Shown: piece by piece, positions 54,671 to 64,000 of the stretch
Position numbering within the stretch: the stretch's first letter is position 1
How the letters are laid out: each line of letters begins with the position of its first letter
From: Octopus bimaculoides
Taxonomy: Eukaryota
NCBI RefSeq assembly: GCF_001194135.2
Contig: NC_068998.1
Span: 35,011,703-35,075,702, forward strand
Direction: 5' to 3'
DNA: 64,000 bases
Notes under the pieces: model-generated
Databases searched by the model: none
The model's input: the letters and a program-made list of their open reading frames with translations, nothing else
Told to the model about the DNA's origin: nothing
Made by a program: the position numbers and the translations under genes

Positions 54671-55002
54671 TGTATTAGATCGAATTCCCTCCAAGCATTC
54701 TTTTTGTAGGCATTTGTTTACTGGTAATATTTCATATATCCAATTTGAATTTCTCTAACATTGCTTTGATAATGTTGTGTTAACATATATTTTTTAAATA
54801 TTAATTTTAATATTATATATATATATATATAGGAAAATAAATAATAATAATAATAATAAGGCAGAATGCTAAACTGAAAGCATATTTTAATATAGATGTG
54901 CATAAGGAGGATTTAAAAGGATTTATAACCGACTTTCATTGCATGGCAAATTTTGAAGAAGAGGGGAAATGAAAATAATATTTTTTACAAAAATATAAAA
55001 AA

Positions 55003-55546
55003 TATATAAAAAAATAAATATACCAATACATTATATTGTCTTTGACTTTTTAAAGTTCAATGGTAATCCATATAGATAATTGTTAGGTAGATTAGGATGC
55101 ATGGAATTAAGAATCGTTTTGTGTTTAAAAAAGGCTGAGAGTTTATGTGTTAAACAGGAAGTGTGGTGTCAAAACAGGACGTGTGTGTAAGGGAAGACAA
55201 TTCATACAAACTCCTTGGTGACCATATTCCCTTCTCCCGCCTACCCATTGAAATATATATAAATTTACTTCTTGTTTCTCTAAGAACAGACATAAAATTC
55301 CTGTTGACAAAGAGTCCAGAACTCCAACTAAAGAGTATAAAACCCACAGAATTGTCTTCCCTTACACATACTTCCTGTTTTGACACCACACTTCCTGTTT
55401 AACACAAACTCTCAGCCTTTTTTAAACACAACACAATTCTTAATTCCATGCATCCTAATCTATCTAACAATTATCTACATGGATTACCATTGAACTTTAA
55501 AAAGTGAAAGACAATATAATGTATTAGTATATTTGTTTTTATATAT
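55003..55546. mobile_element. Foldback element with ~200-bp inverted arms
   Basis: Arms 55003-55203 and 55349-55546, 145-bp spacer; the right arm runs into a gap. Confidence 0.85.
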
Positions 55547-56280
55547 NNNNNNNNNNNNNNNNNNNNNNNNNNNNNNNNNNNNNNNNNNNNNNNNNNNNNN
55601 NNNNNNNNNNNNNNNNNNNNNNNNNNNNNNNNNNNNNNNNNNNNNNNNNNNNNNNNNNNNNNNNNNNNNNNNNNNNNNNNNNNNNNNNNNNNNNNNNNNN
55701 NNNNNNNNNNNNNNNNNNNNNNNNNNNNNNNNNNNNNNNNNNNNNNNNNNNNNNNNNNNNNNNNNNNNNNNNNNNNNNNNNNNNNNNNNNNNNNNNNNNN
55801 NNNNNNNNNNNNNNNNNNNNNNNNNNNNNNNNNNNNNNNNNNNNNNNNNNNNNNNNNNNNNNNNNNNNNNNNNNNNNNNNNNNNNNNNNNNNNNNNNNNN
55901 NNNNNNNNNNNNNNNNNNNNNNNNNNNNNNNNNNNNNNNNNNNNNNNNNNNNNNNNNNNNNNNNNNNNNNNNNNNNNNNNNNNNNNNNNNNNNNNNNNNN
56001 NNNNNNNNNNNNNNNNNNNNNNNNNNNNNNNNNNNNNNNNNNNNNNNNNNNNNNNNNNNNNNNNNNNNNNNNNNNNNNNNNNNNNNNNNNNNNNNNNNNN
56101 NNNNNNNNNNNNNNNNNNNNNNNNNNNNNNNNNNNNNNNNNNNNNNNNNNNNNNNNNNNNNNNNNNNNNNNNNNNNNNNNNNNNNNNNNNNNNNNNNNNN
56201 NNNNNNNNNNNNNNNNNNNNNNNNNNNNNNNNNNNNNNNNNNNNNNNNNNNNNNNNNNNNNNNNNNNNNNNNNNNNNNNN

Positions 56281-56330
<50 letters not shown>

Positions 56331-58431
56331 TACGCATACACACAAATGTGTATGTATGTACATACACACACATGCATACATATTGATGTAAACAACTGAG
56401 TGTTCTCCACTGAAGCGTTCTTCTCAAAAGAACAAACTCTTAATGTTTCTTATAACATCAAATTTTATTCCACTGTTTGAACTCTTTGTTTTACCATTAA
56501 CCCTCATAGATCATCACTAGTTTCTTCAAATTCTACTGTTTACTAAACATAATGTAGCCTATGGCTGATGAGTAATGTCCATAGTCCTTCCAGCCCTACA
56601 TTGATAATGAAATTGTATTAAAGAAGTTAATACGAAGTGAACACATGAATTCAAGGAGACTGCTTGTGTTATGCATCTTAGGTAGAGGATCATTTTAACA
56701 AAATAACCCTTTCATTAGAGAGAGCAGATATATCCATTCAAAATTTCATTGCCCTTAACTGAGGAAGGCAGTTTTATATAGCAATCTATTTTTTGTTGAA
56801 GAATGTCATGTTTGAAACTACTTTTTGTTGAAGTATGTCAAGTTTATTAAGGCAATATGACTTGCAGAAAATACCAATCCTGTTTTTTTCCTGTTTTTCC
56901 TTTTTTTGAGACGATGTTTAGCATCATTACAGGAATTTAATTTCACAGTTAAAGGATTCATTTAAAAAAGAAGGAAATACTTTTAGGAGACAGCCGTTGA
57001 AATGTATTGGAATGACTATCCTTTGAAGAATAAGATTAATATGGCTAATATCCTGATATTTTATTAAAACTCAGGAACTTTTATGTAAAGTATAAGCAAG
57101 GGGAAAAGTTTCAGAAGGATACAAGTTTGGAGAGAAATGTTAAATAAGTATATTGACGTAGAAGAAGGAGTGGAAGAGGATTGGGTTTCAGTGGATGTTT
57201 TGCACTTGAACAGTGTAATGAGGAACAGTTGGCCTTGTATTAACAGATTGGATAGAGACAATAAAGCTGTATTTAAGAAACTGTTGAACTTTATTTAGGT
57301 GTGACTTAGAATATGAGTGTATGTAGTGAAAGAACTATCTTACATGTGAACATTACCCCTGTCCATAATCTGGACCTGAAAAGGAAACTAAATTTCAGGG
57401 ATATGACTTTTGTCTTAGGTTTATCTGAATTTCTCTGGTGAAAAATTATAATAATAAAATAGATGATGGGATTAGGAATAAAAGTATTAATTATCTAGTG
57501 TAGTAGTTTAGGGGTGAATATAAACAAGCAAATTTTGAATCAAGCAGAAAATAAAAACTTCTCAAGTAGGAGGAAGTGTAAGATAATATCTGTGACATAG
57601 ACAATGGAATGAGAAACCAGTCCTGTAGTTTTAATGAAGAGTTTGGTCATATATTCTGAAAAGGTTATCCAATGCAACAGCAACCTCAAAAAGATAGGAG
57701 GGTTCAGCAACTAACTAAAATGTTGTGATTACTGCAACCATGATGGGGACAGTAGTTTGAATATAACAATGCATGCTGTTGTCCCAGTTTTTGTCTTTAT
57801 AAGTCAAAAATAAATGAGTAATATCCAATATCTTTGTGGAACTCCCAGATTAGTGCATTTGATGGGCATGTGTGCAGTAAAATCATGGTAAGAGAGAGAT
57901 ATGCAGTTTTGGTAATGAAAGATTGGTGAAGTGTTTAGAAAGAGATTTGGATGGTCAGACATAATAGGAATCATAAGAAAAGGAGAATCATAGCAGTAGC
58001 TGTGTGTTCATCAGAGTAGTAAAGGCTTTTACAGGAGTTAAATGTGCAGCAGATAGAAATAGAGCATCTCTGTCAGCTAATGGTTGCAGTATGATGATGA
58101 ACAAATCTTGACCTATTATGGTTTTTGGTTTCAGTCTTATATATTTGTGTCACCATATTATGTGACTTAATTGATCTTCGTACAGGCTCAAATATTTTCT
58201 GACTTTAGAAAAGCTCTTAATTTTTGTGATGCTGTTTGTAGGAAGCTATATTTATGAGTTTTCTATGTGAGATCATTAGAGTTTATGAGGATTAACACTT
58301 GCAGTAACTTTGAGTGAATTAGTTGAATGTTGTACATGTCATTGTACATGTATATCAAGAGTACAATACAACAGTGTTTCCTTGATTTGTGTAGTTAATG
58401 TGTCTCTGTGATATTCAGAAAGACTACACTC

Positions 58432-59000
58432 TAGGCACAGGTATGGTTGCGTAATAAGAAGCTTGTTCTGTTGAGTCCTACTGCATGGCACCTTGGGCAA
58501 TTGCCTTCTAGCTTTGGGCTGGCCAAAGCCTTGTGAATGGATTTAGTAGAGAGAAACTGAAAGAGGCCCATCATGTGTGTGTGTATATATGTATACATAC
58601 ATATATATATATATATATANNNNNNNNNNNNNNNNNNNNNNNNNNNNNNNNNNNNNNNNNNNNNNNNNNNNNNNNNNNNNNNNNNNNNNNNNNNNNNNNN
58701 NATATAAGCAAATCTATGAACAAAAGGAAAAGAACAACAAAAATCAGTTTTGTGTACACAGTGATAGATAGATTGACAGACATGTGTGTGCCTTTGTGTT
58801 TGAGTTTGTCCCTCTCCACCACTTGACAACTGGTGTTGGTTTGTTTATGTCCCTGTAACTCGGCAGTTTAGCAAATGACACCAATAAGATAAGTACTGGG
58901 CCTATAAATATATAAGTACTGAGTTTCATTCATTTGACTAAAATCCTTCAAGGTTGTGCTTCAGCATGGCCACAGCCTAATGACTGAAACAAGTAAAATT
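58432..59000 (+). mobile_element. SINE family A (spans a small gap)
   Basis: Collinear with 11859-12295. Confidence 0.75.
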
Positions 59001-59390
59001 ATGTTGTATCTCATTAAATGATTTTTTTCCAGCTCTTTGTTCATGTAGGCAGTGTAGATTGGACGGAGGAATTCTTGTTGGCATCAGGATGGACATCCAG
59101 CCCCAGAACCCATGCCCAAATAGACAATTGGAGTCTGGGCAGCTCTCTGGTTGACTAGTTCCTGTTAAACTATCTAACTCATGCCAGCATGGAAAACAGA
59201 TGTTAAATGATGATGATGATGGTGGTGGTGAGAATGATGATGATAGAAATAAGTGTTGTTAGTAGAATAGAAAGAAGGTCTTAATATCCAGAAGGAAATG
59301 TTACAACTGATAGAATATTGGTCAGAAAAATCCCCTTTGGGATTACAGTGATGCACCTTCCAATCTGAGGGAGGAGACTCATAGGTTGAC

Positions 59391-59614
59391 AACTTCTGCA
59401 GCATGGAAGGTGTGCCAAAATATTTTCGGCGCTTTGAGACCATGACCTGTTCACTTACAAAATTCCGTGCTGCATGGAATTTTGTTAGTGAACAGGTTGT
59501 GGTCTCAAAGCGACGAAAATATTTTGGCAAATTAAATTTAAACGTTGAAGTGAATCTAACGGTTTTTGTGTATTTCTTAAATGGCTTATAAACACCTTCC
59601 ACACTGCAATTGTT
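59391..59614. mobile_element. Palindromic foldback MITE with a deleted left arm
   Basis: 58-bp arms 59413-59470 and 59472-59529; outer match gcagcatggaaggtg / caccttccacactgc. Confidence 0.8.
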
Positions 59615-59930
59615 TTCGTTCCAGCACACGATCTGAGATCAGGTCACTTGCTATGCAAGTACATCTCCGTAAGCCAGTTTATGAGATTATCTTAGGTTTC
59701 CTGTCTATAAAGGGTTTGGTTTTATGGCGTATTGTCAGATCCCAAAAACCTGTTAGCCTATGACTTCTTAAAAATAAGGAGGGGGAAATGCCTCACTACT
59801 CAAAGGTAACATTACTGACACCACCATCACCTTCAGAGATGCCAACACCAGCAGTCCCAGCTCCAACAACAACAACAATGTTGGTGGCAGCAGCAACAAC
59901 AAAAACATCAACACCAGCAGGTACAGCACC

Positions 59931-60290
59931 AACAATATATGCCCACAGAGATACATTGGATGGTCCAGGAACGCTTTCAAGCAACATCTCTCCAATCACA
60001 GGTCCTCTTTCAGAGTTCCAGAAATAAGATACATGGCATCACTGGCCAGCTATGTCTGGTAACTAAGAGGCAATGGGAATCCATACTCAATCTCATGGAA
60101 AATCCTCAAGAACCCAGGCCCTTGCATCAATGGGACCAAGCATTGCTAGTTTTGCATACTTGAATATGCAAGAGTACTAAAAGATTTGCTCGAACCAAGG
60201 AACATCCTTAACTCCAGAACAGAGATTTTCAGACCATGTTTACATTTCAGGAGATTCCTGCTGGTGTTTTGGAGCCCACAAGATGGCAGC
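59931..60290 (+). pseudogene. PLE GIY-YIG endonuclease C-terminal part
   Basis: RYIGWSRNAFKQHLSNHRSSFR…SLASYVW*LR…ISWKIL…KHC*FCILE…ILNSRTEIFRPCLHFRRFLL, with two in-frame stops. This frame is not in the ORF track. Confidence 0.85.
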
Positions 60291-60403
60291 ACAGCTGGAT
60301 ATCGATAGCCAATGGCAAAGGGAGATAATCCTCAATTGTTACCTTTGAGTAGTATGGAATTTCTCCCTCCTTATTTTTAAGAAGTCATGGGCCAACAGGT
60401 TTT

Positions 60404-60466
60404 TGGGATCTGACGATACACCATACAGCTAAACCGTTTATGGATGGGAAACCTAAGGTAATCCCA
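60404..60466 (+). ncRNA. Type I minimal hammerhead ribozyme
   Basis: tgggat-CTGACGA-[stem II]-GAAA-cc-taa-gGTA|atccca; predicted cleavage after 60460. Confidence 0.8.
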
Positions 60467-61040
60467 TAAACTGGCCTTCCCCATTTTTAATATATACTGC
60501 TCTACATCTTAGAGTGTGCTTCTTCTTTCGGATTTAGTCTTACTAAAAACGATATATATATATATATGTGTGTGTGTATAATATACATATACACTATATG
60601 TGTATGTATATATATATATATACACACACACCTGCACAAACACACACTCTTATATCTTGCACACACATAAATATGTAGGCATTTTTACATGCCAAAACAC
60701 TTACACACAAACACTGACCCACAGCATGTCTCATTACAGCTGGATGAAAGAGACAAGATAACTGAAATTAATTAGTCTACATTATAATTATGCTTCATTT
60801 ATCAGCTGTAGTTATATAATTAATCTACTTCTTTGTGTTGTAATTAATTATTGTCTGTAACTTAATATAGTTATGATTAACAGGTACCTTAACATTTACA
60901 AATTTGGTTTTGAAATTGGAAGAAAAAAGTAAAAACACCAAAAACAAAACTATAATAAAGAGAAAAAATATATAATTATGTAATTCTAGAAAAAAAAACT
61001 TAGTAGATTTTATTGCTTAATTAGTTAAGTTTCTTTGTAG

Positions 61041-61082
61041 ATTTTTTACTTCATATTCAACAACTGAAAGTCACTTACTGAG
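61041..61082 (+). CDS. Candidate 42-nt exon
   Basis: Acceptor tttctttgtAG and donor GAG|GTAAGT; only the phase-2 frame is open (FFTSYSTTESHLL). Confidence 0.3.
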
Positions 61083-61905
61083 GTAAGTATGGCAATTTTG
61101 TGTTGTATAAGTCACTGTAAATATGTATCTATGTGTGACAGATGGCTATTTGTATGGCTGCACAAAACAGAGAAAAAAATGTACTCAATGTATGGAGTTA
61201 GAGTTTAAGTCTACTTTCGTTTGAAACTAATATTTCACTTTGTTGCTGTATCCACAATACAGGAAACAGAGAATAGCATCAGAATACAGACTTAGTTTTG
61301 GACAGATGAATTCATTGTGCAGTGCTTCTCAGTAGACTCGCTTTGGTATTGGTGATATTGCATGCTGTATATTGTGAATGCTATATTGTAGCAGTTTAAT
61401 ATTGCATGTTATGGCATAGTCATTATCTCATTCTTGTACATTCGTATTCATTGATGATATTTTCTGTGTTTCTTGTATTTTGAAGCTTTTTATTAAGAGA
61501 CTGGATATCTTTGAGGCAATAGTGTGCAGTACTTCAGACAACTTTGTCAATAATTCAAATCTTTACCAGACCAAACAACTCATTCTGCTATGCCTTGTAG
61601 GCAATCCTTTTGCTCAAATTACTAAGATCCTTAATCCTAGTGTCTATGACATTAATCACGTGGGAAATAAATCTCACCCTGGATAAGACATTGTGTCTTT
61701 ACTTTGCAGTAGGAATTGAACTCGGCATTGAAAATTAATGAATCACACATCATTTTTACAGTGTTTTTATTGCCTACAGTTGTAAACTTTTCTCTCAACA
61801 ACAGCTAGTAAGATTTTGGTGCACATGGGCATTCAGAATTGTGTACCTTAATCAATTATTATTATTTGCTTAAAGCAAATTATGTTACAACAATTGTTGT
61901 TGTTG

Positions 61906-61955
<50 letters not shown>

Positions 61956-61968
61956 GTTGTTATCGTTA

Positions 61969-62907
61969 TCTATACTATATATAAAACAGAGATGTGTGTG
62001 TAATCGCTTATCACGTGAAAACGGCTTCACTATTTACTTCCATACTTGTGATGCATGAATAATTTGACCTCGGATAAATCTTAGGCTCTTCATTTGATTT
62101 TTTTTAATTAAAAATAAATAATATTGCTTTATATTTATGATTCACTTCTTTAAAAAGGTTCCTCAATGTCAACTTCCGGTATTGCACGCGCGCATGCACA
62201 CGTGTGTCTTTGTAAATATGTTTGTATACNNNNNNNNNNNNNNNNNNNNNNNNNNNNNNNNNNNNNNNNNNNNNNNNNNNNNNNNNNNNNNNNNNNNNNN
62301 NNNNNNNNNNNNNNNNNNNNNNNNNNNNNNNNNNNNNNNNNNNNNNNNNNNNNNNNNNNNNNNNNNNNNNNNNNNNNNNNNNNNNNNNNNNNNNNNNNNN
62401 NNNNNNNNNNNNNNNNNNNNNNNNNNNNNNNNNNNNNNNNNNNNNNNNNNNNNNNNNNNNNNNNNNNNNNNNNNNNNNNNNNNNNNNNNNNTGTGTGTGT
62501 GTGTGCGTGTGTGTGTGTGTGCGTGGGGGGTTCCACAATCGCCATTTATTTCAATTACTCTTGTGAGGATATTCACGTAAATCATTTCTTTCATTTAATC
62601 CCCATTTTAATTTTCGTAAAAGTTTCCAAGCACCATCATCATCGTTTAACGTCCGCTTTCCATGCTAGCATGGGTTGGACGATTTGACTGAGGACTGGTG
62701 AAACCGGATGGCAACACCAGGCTCCAATCTAATTTGGCAGAGTTTCTACAGCTGGATGACCTTCCTAACACCAACCACTCAGAGAGTGTAGTGGGTGCTT
62801 TTACGTGTCACCCGCACGAGGGCCAGTCAGGCGGTACTGGCAACGGCCACGCTCAAAATGGTGTCTTTTATGTGCCACTCCCGAGCAACGCCGGGTGCCT
62901 CTGCTAG
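61969..62907 (+). mobile_element. Non-autonomous Helitron
   Basis: A|TCTATACTATATATAAAA 5' end; cccg-agcaacgc-cggg hairpin and CTAG|T 3' end; no TSD. Confidence 0.8.
62632..62877 (-). mobile_element. Young RTE 3'-end copy nested in the Helitron
   Basis: Nearly identical to 6230-6478 in reverse complement. Confidence 0.9.
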
Positions 62908-62924
62908 TTATTAATAATAATAAG

Positions 62925-63130
62925 GCGGTGATCTGGTAAAATCATTAGCATGCCTGGTCGAAATGCTTAGCAGAATTTCATCCAACTTTATGTTCTGAGT
63001 TCAAATTCTGCCGTTGTCGACTTTGCCTTTCATCCTTTCATTAGTACCAGTTATGCACTGAAGTCGATGTAATTGACTTAATCCCTTCTCCCAGATTTGA
63101 GGCCTTGTGCTTCCAGTAGAAAGGATTATC
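62925..63130 (+). mobile_element. SINE family C
   Basis: Same modules as 36012-36240; another copy lies at 63727-63950. Confidence 0.8.
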
Positions 63131-63159
63131 ATTATTATTATTATTTATTATTATGATTG

Positions 63160-63690
63160 AGTGAGAGAGCAGTGCATGCTGTCAGTGACACTGGGGTAAA
63201 ATATATGAAGCCAGTATACCCATCATCACTACCTGTCTGATAAGGGTACACCAAGCACATACATCACAACCATATGTGCACGACAAGGTGAACTCATATC
63301 AAGATTAACAGTACATGACCCTGGCAGGTGGGGCCCAGTTAGAATTTTCTTCAGGTCGAGTAGCCCAACCCGCTCAAAAGGTCTCTGAATAAGGATTGTT
63401 TAAGGATGTTAAGCGAAACACCCATTTCCAGAGGTGAATTATTCAAACCAGAAAGAATTCTTCTTAACACATAGCTGTGATGCTCCCCCACTACTTCTGC
63501 TTGTGGTCAGAGATGCACATATTGTCAGCCACCAAAGGACATGCTCAACTGGTTAAGGTCAAACAACTGACAAGCAAATCTGTGGTATGAGCAGAATATT
63601 TGCTGTAGTCCATCTTTTATACCAAGACAGAACAGTTAAGATCAAAAACCATGAGAGCCACTGCCTGGTACTGCATCAAAGCGTTTATTA
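63160..63690 (-). mobile_element. SINE-like repeat flanked by (ATT)n
   Basis: Bounded by ATT tracts; I recall the sequence as a common dispersed repeat but cannot verify this within the window. Confidence 0.45.
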
Positions 63691-64000
63691 GATTATTATT
63701 GTTATTATTATTATTATTATTATTAAGGTAGTGCACTGGCAGAATTGTTAGAATGTCAGGCAAAATGCTTAGTAGCATTTTGTCCGTCTTCACATTCTGG
63801 GTTCACATTCTGTCTAGGTCGAATTTGCTTTTCATTCTCTCAGGGTCAATAAATTGGGTACCAGTGAAACACTGGATGGGGGGGGGGGTCAATGTAATCA
63901 ACTAGCCCCTTCCCCCAAAATTTCAGGCCTTGTGCCTCCAGTAGAAAGGATTATTGTTGTTGTTATTATTATTTTTATTATTATTATTATTATTATTATT

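Larger units (their letters stand above)
59673..60475 (+). mobile_element. 5'-truncated Penelope-like retroelement with an inverted pLTR
   Basis: Inverted repeats 59673-59811 and 60337-60475 flank a GIY-YIG C-terminal region. Confidence 0.85.

Noticed and set aside
57050-58400. Possible very old CR1/L2 LINE on the minus strand
   Set aside because: Only faint motif echoes; not supportable without a profile search.
59788-60027. Thr/Ala-rich ORF as a mucin-like gene
   Set aside because: Alternative frame of the low-complexity and GIY-YIG region of the Penelope element.

Overview
Eukaryotic, AT-rich, gap-containing (N-run) DNA dominated by repeats. The repeat landscape resembles a cephalopod (Octopus-like) genome; that assignment is an inference from recalled SINE/RTE families, not a search. 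No complete host gene is visible, only a few uncertain candidate exons. Most listed ORFs are microsatellite or gap artefacts. Recognisable mobile DNA: a near-full-length decayed RTE LINE plus many RTE 3'-end derivatives; two Dong/R4-like REL-endonuclease LINE fragments; CR1-like and Tx1/L1-like fragments; tRNA-derived SINEs, including Nin/Deu-domain-like copies in a tandem cluster; mariner, maT-like and Tigger transposase relics; a Mutator (Phantom/foldback-like) derivative with sub-repeat TIRs; Helitron 5' and 3' halves and a non-autonomous Helitron; and several MITEs and foldbacks. The most notable structure is a 5'-truncated Penelope-like retroelement at 59.7-60.5 kb. It has a GIY-YIG C-terminal region between inverted ~140-bp pLTRs, and the right pLTR holds an intact-looking minimal type I hammerhead ribozyme.
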